From the NCBI GenBank assembly GCA_965223005.1, contig CBDCVK010000008.1, positions 64,001 through 128,000 on the forward strand: a stretch of 64,000 nt of DNA. The letters run 5' to 3'. The stretch comes from Terriglobia bacterium. GTDB lineage: Bacteria; Acidobacteriota; Terriglobia; JAJPHL01; JAPKYU01. Shown one piece after another: positions 1-10,095 of the stretch. Both the position numbers and the translations under genes were made by a program. Each line of letters opens with the position of its first letter. The first letter of the stretch is position 1. The notes below the pieces were generated by a model, which was given only the letters and a program-made list of their open reading frames with translations, was not told the origin of the DNA and ran no database searches.

Positions 1-643
1 CCTGCGCCAGGGCCACAATGTCGGGATGTGGCGCGTAGGCCTCCGGAGTGGCCACGCGGAGCTGGGCGCCGGCCAGCGCCCCGCACAGCAGCAGTGAATG
101 CGCCACGTTATTGCCATCCCCGACGAACCCCAGGCGCGCCTGGCTCAGGTTCCCGAAAATCTCTTGCAGGGTGAAGTAGTCGGTGAGCGACTGGCAGGGG
201 TGGAACACCTCACTCAGGCCGTTGATGATCGGCACCGAGGAGAAGCGGGCAAACTCCTCCACTGTGGCGTGGGAAAAGGTACGAAGGGCCACGGCGTCCA
301 CCCAGCGAGCCAGGTTGCGTGCCACGTCACAAACCGGCTCACGGTCGGGGATGCGCTGTTGCCCCGTGTCCATGAACACACTCTTACCGCCCAGCATCTT
401 CATGCCCAGCTCGAAGGTGAAGCGGGTGCGCAGGGAGCGCTTCTCAAAGATCACTGCCAGCGACCGCCCTTCCAGCGCGCCGGCGTAGCGGCGCGGCTCG
501 GCCTTGACAGCGGCGGCCAGTCGGAATAGTTCGGTGACGGTCGCCGGGCTCAGGTCGTCATCGCGGATCAGGTGGGCCGGAACCTGCACCGGAACCGATA
601 AGGGCGCGGCACTCGAAACAGCGGGGGCGGCATCTTTTCGCAC
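1..643 (-). CDS. argF: Ornithine carbamoyltransferase (3' end runs off the window)
   Basis: Manual minus-strand translation: ...LAVIFEKRSLRTRFTFE...GLSEVFHPCQSLTDYFTL...LGFVGDGNNVAHS. These are the carbamoyl-phosphate SxRT, HPCQ and GDGNN motifs. Probable GTG start at 643 with GGAG upstream. Confidence 0.9.
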   Translation of the reverse strand, partial: MRKDAAPAVSSAAPLSVPVQVPAHLIRDDDLSPATVTELFRLAAAVKAEPRRYAGALEGRSLAVIFEKRSLRTRFTFELGMKMLGGKSVFMDTGQQRIPDREPVCDVARNLARWVDAVALRTFSHATVEEFARFSSVPIINGLSEVFHPCQSLTDYFTLQEIFGNLSQARLGFVGDGNNVAHSLLLCGALAGAQLRVATPEAYAPHPDIVALAQ

Positions 644-657
644 GGCATGTTGCTCCG

Positions 658-695
658 AATGAATAATTATACGCCAGGGTGAATAATTACACAAC
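658..695. promoter_or_regulatory. Tandem ARG boxes (ArgR operator)
   Basis: AATGAATAATTATACGCC (658-675) and GGTGAATAATTACACAAC (678-695): two 18-bp ARG-box-like sites 2 bp apart, AT-rich in a GC-rich background, immediately upstream of argF. Confidence 0.8.
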
Positions 696-800
696 GGCCG
701 TCCTCCCGTCAAGTCCGAACGACGAGGGAAGCCGGCTGGGCTCTCCGCTAGCAGGCAGAAGGGTATACTGGTTCTGGACTCCCTCTGGCGTGGAGGCAGC

Positions 801-2066
801 ATGGCCACCATTTCCCTGGAACAAGAGACGAACCCCTGGGAGGCGCAGGCCGCTCGCTTCCATGAAGCCGCGCGACGGCTCAAGCTGGACGGCGGTCTGG
901 TGAAGTTCCTTCAGCAGCCCAACCGCGAGATCATCGTCCACATCCCGGTGCAAATGGACGACGGGCGCCTGGAGGTGTTCACCGGCTTCCGGGTACAGCA
1001 CTCCATTGCCCGCGGCCCGGCCAAAGGCGGCATCCGGTTTGCACCCGGTGTGACCCTGGATGAGATGTGCGCCCTGGCGTCCTGGATGACCTGGAAGTGC
1101 GCCGTAGTCAACATTCCCTTCGGAGGCGCTAAGGGAGGCGTGGTGTGCGACCCGCATCTTCTTTCCAGCGCGGAACTGGAGCGAATCACACGGCGGTACA
1201 CGGCCGAGTTGCTGGACTATATGGGCCCGGAGCGGGACGTGCCCGCTCCGGACGTGAACACCGACGAGCAGGTGATGGCCTGGATCATGGACACCTACTC
1301 GATGCACGCGCGTCAAACGGTGACCGCGGTGGTCACTGGCAAGCCGCTGGTCCTGGGAGGTTCGCGAGGACGGCGCCAGGCTACCGGCCTCGGCTGCATG
1401 ATTGTCTGCGACGAGGCGTTGCAGAAGCTTGGACTGGGCCGCCAGGATGCCCGCGTCATCATCCAGGGCTTCGGCAACGTCGGGGGTCAGGCAGCGCGTC
1501 TAATGCATCAGGCCGGGTACAAGATTGTCGGCATCGCCGAGGCTGACGCGGCGGTCTACAACCGGCACGGGCTGGACATTCCTGCGCTGGCCCGCCACCG
1601 CGAGGAACAGGGGACGTTGGCTGGTTTTCCCGAGGCCGAGCCAGTGGAGCCGCACGTGCTTCTCACCCATGAGTGCGATGTACTGTTGCCGGCGGCTGTC
1701 GAGAACCAGATCACTTCGCACAACGCCGACCGGCTGCGCACCCGAGTCGTCATCGAGGGCGCCAATGGGCCTACCACTCCGCTGGCGGACGAAATCCTGC
1801 GGGGGAAGCGGATCTTCGTGGTGCCGGACATCTTGGCCAACGCTGGCGGCGTCACCGTTTCCTATTTCGAATGGGTGCAGGACCGGCAGGGCTACTTCTG
1901 GACTGAGAAGATGGTGAGTGAGCGGCTGGAGCACATCATGCGCAGCGCATTCCACGACGTGGACAGCTACGTGGAAAGATATCAGGTCAGTATGCGCATC
2001 GCCGCCCACATGCTGGCGATGGACCGCGTGGCCTTTGCTGTGAAGTTGCGCGGCATCTACGCCTGA
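801..2066 (+). CDS. gdhA: Glu/Leu/Phe/Val dehydrogenase (glutamate dehydrogenase)
   Basis: [62 protein letters not shown]; GGAGG RBS. Confidence 0.93.
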   Translation: MATISLEQETNPWEAQAARFHEAARRLKLDGGLVKFLQQPNREIIVHIPVQMDDGRLEVFTGFRVQHSIARGPAKGGIRFAPGVTLDEMCALASWMTWKCAVVNIPFGGAKGGVVCDPHLLSSAELERITRRYTAELLDYMGPERDVPAPDVNTDEQVMAWIMDTYSMHARQTVTAVVTGKPLVLGGSRGRRQATGLGCMIVCDEALQKLGLGRQDARVIIQGFGNVGGQAARLMHQAGYKIVGIAEADAAVYNRHGLDIPALARHREEQGTLAGFPEAEPVEPHVLLTHECDVLLPAAVENQITSHNADRLRTRVVIEGANGPTTPLADEILRGKRIFVVPDILANAGGVTVSYFEWVQDRQGYFWTEKMVSERLEHIMRSAFHDVDSYVERYQVSMRIAAHMLAMDRVAFAVKLRGIYA

Positions 2067-2123
2067 CTTCAAAATCGAGCCTGAGTTCCCAATTGGGTAC
2101 CTCGCGTGCACGCACGCGCGGCG

Positions 2124-2152
2124 TTGACACCTGCACTGCCCCTATCTAGAAT
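2124..2152 (+). promoter_or_regulatory. Sigma70-type promoter
   Basis: TTGACA-17 bp-TAGAAT upstream of the response regulator. Confidence 0.65.
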
Positions 2153-2211
2153 AGGAACCGCGGTGAAGACGGACGGAGCAGGCCAGAACGCAGGAAACGG
2201 CAAAGGGGTTA

Positions 2212-2925
2212 GTGCCGGGAGCTCTCGTGCCCACAGCGAAAACCTCGTCTCGTAGCCGGGCCAAAGATAAAAAGAAGATACGCATCGTCATTGCTGACGA
2301 CCACGCTATCTTCCGTGATGGCCTGAAGAAACTCCTGAGCCTGGAGCGGGACCTGGACGTCATCGGAGAGGCCGAGGACGGGCAGCAGACCGTCGAGTTG
2401 GTCAAGAAGCTGCAGCCTGACATCCTGCTGCTAGACCTGAAGATGCCCGTGATGAACGGTCTGGCGGCGCTGGAACAAATCCACGACCGGGTGAAAACCA
2501 CTCGGGTCATCGTGCTGACCGCCTCCGAACATGAGGAGGAGGTAGTGGAGGCCGTGAGGCTGGGAACGGCTGGCGTGGTGCGGAAGCAGTCCGCCACGGA
2601 CATGCTGATCAAGAGCATCCGCAAGGTGGCTGGCGGGGAAGTCTGGCTGGACAGCCGCCTGACAGCAGCGGTATTGCGCGAATTTTCCGAGCCGCCCCCG
2701 GCGCCCCGCGAACAGCCCAAAAACTTGCTCAGCGGGCGCGAGCGCGAAATTGTCGGCCTCGTCTGCCAGGGCTTCCGCAACAAGGAAATTGCCGAGAAGA
2801 TGTTCATCAGCGAGCAGACGGTGAAAAACCACCTGCACAATATCTTCGACAAGCTGGGCGTGTCCGACCGTCTGGAGCTGGCGCTCTACGCAATTCACAA
2901 GAAGCTGAACGATCCGGTCGCCTAA
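2212..2925 (+). CDS. NarL/LuxR-family response regulator
   Basis: Receiver domain (IADDH, LLDLKMP) and LuxR HTH (LSGREREI...NKEIAEKMFISEQTVKNHL). Start uncertain. Confidence 0.92.
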   Translation: MPGALVPTAKTSSRSRAKDKKKIRIVIADDHAIFRDGLKKLLSLERDLDVIGEAEDGQQTVELVKKLQPDILLLDLKMPVMNGLAALEQIHDRVKTTRVIVLTASEHEEEVVEAVRLGTAGVVRKQSATDMLIKSIRKVAGGEVWLDSRLTAAVLREFSEPPPAPREQPKNLLSGREREIVGLVCQGFRNKEIAEKMFISEQTVKNHLHNIFDKLGVSDRLELALYAIHKKLNDPVA

Positions 2926-2965
2926 CACCCTTCCGGCGAGCCTGGTCCGTTCCGGAGGAATTTCC

Positions 2966-3694
2966 ATGCGCAGGTTACTCTATCTGTATCACGCGGCCCC
3001 CGGTGCTGCCGGAGATCTAGCCTTCACCTACCTGCACGAGAGCGCGGTCAAGACCGGACCGATCGTGAAACAAATCGGAGAGGAAAGCGGCGCCTTTGAG
3101 ACCACGGTCACCGATGACTGCAGCGTACTCACCGCAGAGAACTTGAAGAAATATGACGCGGTGTTGTTCTTCACGAGCGGGGAGCTGCCCATTTCCGAGG
3201 AAGAGAAGCAAGGGCTGCTGGATTTTGTCCACGGAGGCAAAGGCCTTGCCGGCCTCCATAGCGCCACCGACACCTTCTATCGGTGGCCAGCGTACGGGGA
3301 GCTGATCGGCGGCTACTACAACGGGCATCCCTGGCACGAGCTGGACCGCGAAAGCGACTGGCCCGAAGTGCGCATAAAAGTGGAAGACCGAAACCACCCG
3401 GCCACACGGCACCTGGGCGAAGGGTTCACCATCAAGGATGAGATTTACGAGTTCCGAAACTGGTCACGCGACAAGGTGCACGTGCTGCTCAGCCTGGACA
3501 CCGATTCGGTCGATTTGAACAACAAGGAAGTTAACCGTACCGACAAAGACTTTGGCGTGGCTTGGACGCGCACCTATGGCCAGGGACGGGTTTTTTACTC
3601 TGCTCCAGGGCACCTGCCCGATATCTGGGCTGGCGAGCGCCTCCGGACCTTCCTGCTAAACGGGCTGCGCTGGGTCATGGGCGACGCCAAGTAG
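2966..3694 (+). CDS. ThuA-like (class I glutamine amidotransferase-like) domain protein
   Basis: GGKGLAGLHSATDTF, GGYYNGHPW, DEIY, WTRTYGQGRVFYSAPGH. Confidence 0.85.
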   Translation: MRRLLYLYHAAPGAAGDLAFTYLHESAVKTGPIVKQIGEESGAFETTVTDDCSVLTAENLKKYDAVLFFTSGELPISEEEKQGLLDFVHGGKGLAGLHSATDTFYRWPAYGELIGGYYNGHPWHELDRESDWPEVRIKVEDRNHPATRHLGEGFTIKDEIYEFRNWSRDKVHVLLSLDTDSVDLNNKEVNRTDKDFGVAWTRTYGQGRVFYSAPGHLPDIWAGERLRTFLLNGLRWVMGDAK

Positions 3695-3779
3695 CGGCGG
3701 CGCCCTGCCTGCCCCACTCCAGCCAACGCTCCCGCCCCCGCTGAACGGCTTGCAATGGGCCCTGGGCGATTCCTTCACC

Positions 3780-5429
3780 CTATCCTGACGATTCCCGTGA
3801 GCTGGTTGGCTTGCCCAAGGAGTCAGCCAAGGAGTCAGAATGTCGCCCGGAGCCTTCCGGCTCCTGATCAGCGACTGAGTGCTTGGATCGGCCGGACCAC
3901 CGAAGCTCGTAGATCCTTGGAAGTCCTTCTTGCTCATCGGACGGCGGGTGGAAGCTCCGCACGACCTTGTGCCGGCCGAACGCCCGGCTGCTGAGGAGAG
4001 CGGCAAGCGCATCGCCGATTGCTGATTCGTACGACCAGCGCTGGGTCCAGGGGAAGACGGTCGCCTGAATCCATTGTCGCGGAAGGCGTTCTCGTTCGCC
4101 GAGCGCGATCTGCTCACTCACCCACCGCAAGAACTCAAGCTTCTGACGCAGAAGTTCCTTCGGATTCCGGCGTGAGGCGATCGAGGAGAACCCAGCTCGC
4201 TCCAGCTCGAAGAGGACATCTTCGCGAAGGGTGTGCACGTGTCCATGTGCTTCGATCATGATCTCGATCTCCAGCTGCAACAGCCGTTCCAGAGCCACAA
4301 TCCAGCCGTGGTGATCAACCTCCTCGTTTGGACTCGAGAAGTGCGTGCCCATGAACGCATCGCCGGCCAGCAGCAATCTTTCGTGGGGGATGTAGAAGCT
4401 GACGTGTTCGTCGCAGTGGCCTGGTGTCTCAATGACCTGAACGAGATCGCAATCCTCTTGACCCAGGACTAGCCTCTCTGCCAGAGGTTCGATGGGTGAG
4501 AGAACTGCGCGGGGCTGCCCAATCACCAGCCGCCGCATAAAGGGGATCCGCGGAGGCGCAAGCAACATCGGGATAGCGCGTGGATGGGCCCGGACGCGCG
4601 CCCCGGTGGCGCCGGCGGCCAGCTCGAGGTTTCCGCCGTGTTCTTCGTGGGCGTGCGTTGCCACCACGTATCTGATTTTGTGCTTTGCCTCCTCGAGGTG
4701 GTGTGCCACGCAGCCCCGCATGCGTGTCCCTCCGGGATCGACGAGGAGCGAGCGATAGCGGATCATGGTGAACAGTTCGCCGAACAGCAGGGAAACCGTC
4801 CAACTGATTCCGCCCCGGAGAAAGTAGATCGAGAGTCGACCGCCAAGCAGCGTCGCCACACGGTTACGAGTACGCCACCAGGTGACTGACTGGAATCCCA
4901 AACGCCGAATATAGAGGAGTGCACTGAGAGGGGCGACGATGCCCCATCCCAAGAGGCGGCAGATCTGAAACGCTCTCCACGGCGCCTCCTGTCGGACGAG
5001 ATTTTGATCAACGCTCCTGCATACACCGCCGCGGCAACGGCTCAAGCTGTATCTGTTGGCCGCTACCCATCGGTAGAACCATCCCGCAACCGCGGAGACC
5101 CCTGGGACGCTCGCCAGCCATCCGACAAGCCAAGTTAGAGGGAACAAGCGGGCGAGCGCCGCAACGGCTGGGGCTCCCATGAAGACCTGTCCGCTGGGCG
5201 CCGCCACGTGGAGGTTGCGCAAAAGGTCCTCCATGGGGGCGTCCGGTGGTGCGGCGTCCGGATCGCCCGCCAACACGCTGGCCAACACGCTGGAAAGAGG
5301 GATTGCGACCACACCACAACATTGCCGTCGATTGAGCCAACGCAACCACGCCACGCCGGCCTGACAGACCTCACACTGGTCATCGTACCAGAGGCGCCAG
5401 TTCGTCTCGCGTGCTACGCCGGAAGCCAT
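3780..5429 (-). CDS. DCC1/DUF393-like thiol-disulfide oxidoreductase fused to MBL-fold metallo-hydrolase
   Basis: N-terminal YDDQCEVC and YRWVAANRY (DCC1-like); C-terminal THAHEEHGG, ETPGHCDEH, AGDAF, AHG (MBL fold). Confidence 0.75.
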   Translation of the reverse strand: MASGVARETNWRLWYDDQCEVCQAGVAWLRWLNRRQCCGVVAIPLSSVLASVLAGDPDAAPPDAPMEDLLRNLHVAAPSGQVFMGAPAVAALARLFPLTWLVGWLASVPGVSAVAGWFYRWVAANRYSLSRCRGGVCRSVDQNLVRQEAPWRAFQICRLLGWGIVAPLSALLYIRRLGFQSVTWWRTRNRVATLLGGRLSIYFLRGGISWTVSLLFGELFTMIRYRSLLVDPGGTRMRGCVAHHLEEAKHKIRYVVATHAHEEHGGNLELAAGATGARVRAHPRAIPMLLAPPRIPFMRRLVIGQPRAVLSPIEPLAERLVLGQEDCDLVQVIETPGHCDEHVSFYIPHERLLLAGDAFMGTHFSSPNEEVDHHGWIVALERLLQLEIEIMIEAHGHVHTLREDVLFELERAGFSSIASRRNPKELLRQKLEFLRWVSEQIALGERERLPRQWIQATVFPWTQRWSYESAIGDALAALLSSRAFGRHKVVRSFHPPSDEQEGLPRIYELRWSGRSKHSVADQEPEGSGRHSDSLADSLGKPTSSRESSG

Positions 5430-5502
5430 AAACTCTCCGTGCGCGAGCCAATGTGTCCGGTTGTGATCGAGGCAGCTGAGTCCGGGTTCTCAATCCTTCG
5501 TT

Positions 5503-7302
5503 TCAGGTTTCGACGCGCAGCACCGCCAGGAAAGCTTCCTGGGGAATGTCCACGCGGCCCACTCGTTTCATCCGCCGCTTGCCTTCCTTCTGCCTCTCGA
5601 GCAGCTTCCTCTTACGAGTGACGTCGCCGCCGTAGCACTTGGCCAGCACGTTTTTTCGCAACGCCCGCACCGTTTCCCGGGCGATGACCCGGTTGCCGAT
5701 GGCGGCTTGCAGGCTGACCTCGAATGACTGTCGAGGGATCAACTCCTTCATCTTTTCCACCAGGGCCTTGCCGCGGGCATAGGCGCGGTCGCGGTGCACG
5801 ACGGTGGAAAGCGCGTCCACCGGTTCGCCCGCTACCAGGATGTCCAGCTTCACTAGCGGAGCCTCACGGTAGCCGGAGAGGTGGTAGTCCAGCGAGGCGT
5901 ACCCGCGGGAAACCGTTTTCAAACGGTCGTAGAAATCCAGCACAACCTCATTCAGGGGAAGTTCATAGGTCAGCAGGACACGCCCCGGCGCCAGGTATTC
6001 GAAGCCCTTCTGCACGCCACGTTTCTCTCCCAGCAGCTTCAGGACGTTTCCCAGGTATTCGTCGGGAGTGATGATGGTGGTGGTGAGAATGGGCTCCTCG
6101 ATCTGAGCGATTTCTTGCACCGTCGGCAACCGACTGGGGTTGTCCAGTTCGCGCATCTCGCCCGAGTGAGTGATCACACGGTAGCGAACACCCGGAGCCG
6201 TAGTGATCAACTCCAAGTGGAACTCGCGCTCCAACCGCTCCTGCACGATTTCCATGTGCAACAGTCCCAGGAATCCGCAGCGGAATCCGAAGCCAAGCGC
6301 CTCCGAACTCTCCGGTTCGAAGAAGAACGAGGAATCATTGAGTCGCAGCTTGTTCAGAGCGTCGCGTAAGGGCTCCTGGTGGTCGGCATCCACCGGATAG
6401 AGCCCGGCAAAGACCATCGGCTTGGCCTCGTCGAAGCCGGGCAGGGGCGCGGCGGCAGGCCGCCGATCCTCGATGATGGTGTCGCCAATCTTGGTGTCCG
6501 CCACACGCTTAATGTTGGCCACCAGTAGTCCCACCTCGCCCGTCCCGAGTTGAGTGACCGCAACGGGCTTAGGCGTCAGCACGCCCAATTCCTCAACCGT
6601 AAAGACCTGGCCGTTGGACCACAGCCGGATGCGCTGGCCGCAGTGCAGGGTCCCTTCCTTCATTCGCACCAGCACAACTGCGCCGCGGTAGGGGTCGAAC
6701 CAGGAGTCGAAAATCAGGGCACGCAGCGGGTCTTGCGGATTGCCCCGGGGAGCAGGCACGCGGGCCACCACCGCTTCCAGCACCTCCTCGATCCCTCCTC
6801 CGTGCTTGGCACTGATGAGCAGAGCTTCGTGGCCCGCCAAGCCAATCAAGTGCTCTACTTGCGCTCGTACTCTTTCTGGTTCGGCCGCCGGTAAGTCAAT
6901 CTTGTTGATGACCGGGATGATTTCCAGGTTGTGCTCCAGGGCCAGGAAGGTATTGGCCAGCGTCTGCGCTTCCACGCCTTGCGAGGCGTCCACCACCAGC
7001 AGCGCTCCTTCGCAAGCGGCTAGGCTGCGCGAGACCTCGTAGGTAAAGTCCACGTGCCCCGGCGTGTCAATCAGGTTGAGCTGATAGATTTGCCCGTCAC
7101 GGGCCCGGTAATTGAGACGAACCGCATGGGCCTTGATGGTGATGCCACGTTCGCGCTCCAGATCCATGCTGTCCAGCACTTGCTCGGCCATCTCGCGCGA
7201 GCTCAGGGCTCCTGTCCATTCCAGCAGCCGGTCGGCGAGCGTGGATTTCCCGTGGTCAATGTGGGCGATAATCGAGAAATTGCGGATTAACTCGCGATGC
7301 AT
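5503..7302 (-). CDS. lepA: Elongation factor 4 (LepA)
   Basis: [46 protein letters not shown]. Confidence 0.98.
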   Translation of the reverse strand: MHRELIRNFSIIAHIDHGKSTLADRLLEWTGALSSREMAEQVLDSMDLERERGITIKAHAVRLNYRARDGQIYQLNLIDTPGHVDFTYEVSRSLAACEGALLVVDASQGVEAQTLANTFLALEHNLEIIPVINKIDLPAAEPERVRAQVEHLIGLAGHEALLISAKHGGGIEEVLEAVVARVPAPRGNPQDPLRALIFDSWFDPYRGAVVLVRMKEGTLHCGQRIRLWSNGQVFTVEELGVLTPKPVAVTQLGTGEVGLLVANIKRVADTKIGDTIIEDRRPAAAPLPGFDEAKPMVFAGLYPVDADHQEPLRDALNKLRLNDSSFFFEPESSEALGFGFRCGFLGLLHMEIVQERLEREFHLELITTAPGVRYRVITHSGEMRELDNPSRLPTVQEIAQIEEPILTTTIITPDEYLGNVLKLLGEKRGVQKGFEYLAPGRVLLTYELPLNEVVLDFYDRLKTVSRGYASLDYHLSGYREAPLVKLDILVAGEPVDALSTVVHRDRAYARGKALVEKMKELIPRQSFEVSLQAAIGNRVIARETVRALRKNVLAKCYGGDVTRKRKLLERQKEGKRRMKRVGRVDIPQEAFLAVLRVET

Positions 7303-7385
7303 CCGAGGAAGACGATTTGCCCAGGAAGAGCTCGCAGGCGAGTCAAGACAGGCACCGAGTTGAACCTAGCAGAGAGGTTGCGCGG

Positions 7386-7414
7386 TTGTCAATTCAGTCC
7401 GGTTTCATTAGAAT
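7386..7414 (+). promoter_or_regulatory. Sigma70-type promoter
   Basis: TTGTCA-17 bp-TAGAAT upstream of the 7453 ORF. Confidence 0.55.
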
Positions 7415-7452
7415 GACTTTCGCAAGCCAGCCCGCCACTGCCGCGGGGTCCC

Positions 7453-10008
7453 ATGCCGGATATCACCAAGCGCCTGGAAAAAGCCGAAAAATACCTCCAA
7501 AAGAACCGGCCCGACGCGGCTATCGAGCAGTACCTGGCTGCCTGGAAAGAGGATCCCCACAACGACGCGGTAGCTGAAATTGTGGCTGACCTCTACGTGC
7601 GGCAAAACCATAAGAACCGGGCGCTGGAGTGTTACGGGTACCTGTTCGACAAGCACACAGAGCGAAACGATGGCTCCAAGGCCATTCTGGTGTTCCGCAA
7701 GATGGGCAAGCTGGGCGAACAGGATCCGGATCGGATGCTGACCGTTGCCCGGTTCCAGGAAAAACAGAGGCCTGAGGAAGCACAAGAGAGCTACCGGGTT
7801 GCCGCACAGACTTTCTTGGAGCGCGGCGATCAGGGCAAAGCGCTGGAGGCGCTGCGCGGTCTGGCGGCACTGGACGACCTGAATCCCGACGTGCACCTGC
7901 AGCTAGGCGAGGTCGCAGAGAGCTTGGGGAGTAAGGAGCTGGCCGCTGGCTCCCTGGCGCGGGCGGCGGAACTACGCCGCGCCAGCCAAGCCGACGGCGA
8001 TGATCAAACCCTCGCGCTATTGGAACGGGCCCAGGCCCTAGCCCCCAGTGACGGGCATGTAGCCACGGCGCTGGCAACGGCGCTTTTTGACTCCGGCAAC
8101 CCGGGACGTGCTGCCCAACTGCTGGAACCGCTGGCGGCCCAAGGCCTCCCGGAAGTCAACCGGCTACTGGCCCAGGCGCACCTGGCCACGGGGAACCTGG
8201 CTCGCGCCGAGGAACTGCTGTGGGGCATCGCTCCTGAGTTCCCCGACGCCTACCAGCAGCTGCATCGAGTAACGGAGGGCTACCTGCGCCGGCGGAACAA
8301 TGAGGACGCCGCCAAACTTCTGCGCAAACTGAAGAAATCCATGTTCGCGGCCCAGAAGGACCGCGACTTCATCTCCTCCGTGGAGGGATTACAGCAGAAG
8401 GGCCTGGCGGGCGTCGAGGTGTTGGAGTTTCTGGCTGAACTGTACAACGAGCTTAACTACGACTCCCTGTTCAGCAGCGCACAGGGCCAACTCTTTGACC
8501 TGCACGCGGATGCCGAAGAGTACATCAAGGCGGCTAACGCCTTGGACCGCCTGGTGGACGTGGACCCCTACGATGCCCGGAACAGCGAGCGCCTGCAGCG
8601 GCTGAGCGGGAAGCTGGACCCGCATCGTTACCAGGCGATTGCGTCCCGCTTCCAGCAGGCTGCCGACACTACAGCTCCAGTGGCTGCTGCCGAAGCGCCG
8701 TCACAAGAGGCTGGGCAGAGTACCGACGGTGAAGCGGAAAGCGATGTCCTGGAAGACCTGATCTTGCAAGCCGAGATTTTCCAGCAGTACGGGCTGAAGC
8801 ATCGGGCCGTCGAGCGCCTGCAGCGGATCGCCCGGCTGTTCCCTGGCGAGGAGCAACGCAACGAGAAGCTGCGTTCCCTGTACGGGTCGGCTCAATTTTC
8901 ACCCAAACCGGCGCCAGCAGCGCCAGCAGAGCCGAGCGGCGAGCCGACTGCCACTCCGTCGGCCGAAGAAACGCTGGCCGACATCACCCGCGTCGCCGAA
9001 ATTACCCGCAATATCTGCCGGGAGGGCACCGTCAAGGCGGTCATGTCCACTGCCGCTAACGAAATCGGGAAAACCTGGCGGGGCAGTCGTTGTGTCGCCG
9101 GCTTGTGCACGCCCGGCAAGCCCCCTTCGGCAGTGCTGGAATACTGTGCCTCGGGCATACCCCAGTCCGAGGTGATTTCCATCGTGAAGCTGGTCTCCTC
9201 TCTGGTGCAGATCGCCTCTGACGGGAACCCGCTGTCTGTGGAGGACGCGGCCGCTTCTGCCAAACTCTCCAAGCTTGCCCCCGTCCTACAGTCCCTGCAG
9301 ATCAAGTCGCTGCTGGCGCTGCCCATGATGGAGACCGATCAGCCCATCGGCATTATTGTGTTCGAGCAATGCGACCGGATGCGCCGCTGGCGGTCCAACG
9401 ACGTCGTGGTCCTCAAAGCGCTCGTGGACCAGACTACGATCGCCATCTCCCACGTCAAATTGCGCAGCTTGATGAAGACGCTGGCGGTGGCCGACGAGGG
9501 ATCTGGGCTGCTCAACCGCGGCTCCTACCTGAATGCCCTGCTCTCGGAATGTGGCCGGGCGCAAAAGCAGCGCACCCCGCTGTCGGTTCTGCTGCTACAG
9601 TTTGGGCGCGAGTCGCAAGCGGCGCGCGAGCTGGAGGAGGCGGTCGTGCAGCCATACGTTCAGGAGGCAGCGCAGGTGATCATGGGCTACCTGCGCCAGA
9701 ACGACATCGCCATCCGCTACGACACCACGACCCTGGCTCTGGTTCTGCCCGACACCAAAGGCAAGGACACGTTCTTCGTGGTGGACAAGATGCGTAAGAT
9801 GATAAGCGGAGTCAAGATGGCCGGCGGAGACGGCCTGCCAATGACCGCTGGCATCGCCGAAGCATTCCTGGAAGGCGACATCGACCCAGTGGATAGCGTC
9901 ACCGAACTGATCAACCGCCTGGAACAGGCCCTGGAGGGGGCCCAGGGGGAGGGTGGTGGCGCCTCTAAATTATTGAAGCCGCCGCTGGAATCGTCAACCG
10001 CAGCCTGA
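7453..10008 (+). CDS. TPR-repeat + GAF + degenerate GGDEF-domain protein
   Basis: Helical TPR-like N-terminus; GAF (IKSLLALPM..IGIIVFEQCDRMRRW); GGDEF fold (DEGSGLLNR...DIAIRYDTTTLALVLPDT) lacking the GG(D/E)EF signature. Confidence 0.8.
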   Translation: MPDITKRLEKAEKYLQKNRPDAAIEQYLAAWKEDPHNDAVAEIVADLYVRQNHKNRALECYGYLFDKHTERNDGSKAILVFRKMGKLGEQDPDRMLTVARFQEKQRPEEAQESYRVAAQTFLERGDQGKALEALRGLAALDDLNPDVHLQLGEVAESLGSKELAAGSLARAAELRRASQADGDDQTLALLERAQALAPSDGHVATALATALFDSGNPGRAAQLLEPLAAQGLPEVNRLLAQAHLATGNLARAEELLWGIAPEFPDAYQQLHRVTEGYLRRRNNEDAAKLLRKLKKSMFAAQKDRDFISSVEGLQQKGLAGVEVLEFLAELYNELNYDSLFSSAQGQLFDLHADAEEYIKAANALDRLVDVDPYDARNSERLQRLSGKLDPHRYQAIASRFQQAADTTAPVAAAEAPSQEAGQSTDGEAESDVLEDLILQAEIFQQYGLKHRAVERLQRIARLFPGEEQRNEKLRSLYGSAQFSPKPAPAAPAEPSGEPTATPSAEETLADITRVAEITRNICREGTVKAVMSTAANEIGKTWRGSRCVAGLCTPGKPPSAVLEYCASGIPQSEVISIVKLVSSLVQIASDGNPLSVEDAAASAKLSKLAPVLQSLQIKSLLALPMMETDQPIGIIVFEQCDRMRRWRSNDVVVLKALVDQTTIAISHVKLRSLMKTLAVADEGSGLLNRGSYLNALLSECGRAQKQRTPLSVLLLQFGRESQAARELEEAVVQPYVQEAAQVIMGYLRQNDIAIRYDTTTLALVLPDTKGKDTFFVVDKMRKMISGVKMAGGDGLPMTAGIAEAFLEGDIDPVDSVTELINRLEQALEGAQGEGGGASKLLKPPLESSTAA

Positions 10009-10026
10009 CAGCAGGTGATCCCCGCG

Positions 10027-10095
10027 AGGAGTACATAGCCCCAGGAGTACCTAGCCATGGAAGTGCATAAGGCCTAGCTATGGAAGTGCACAAGG
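10027..10095 (+). repeat. Nested short tandem duplications at the hbd translation start
   Basis: AGGAGTAC(A/C)TAGCC x2 (period 16) and CCTAGC(C/T)ATGGAAGTGCA(T/C)AAGG x2 (10050-10072, 10073-10095). Confidence 0.85.
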
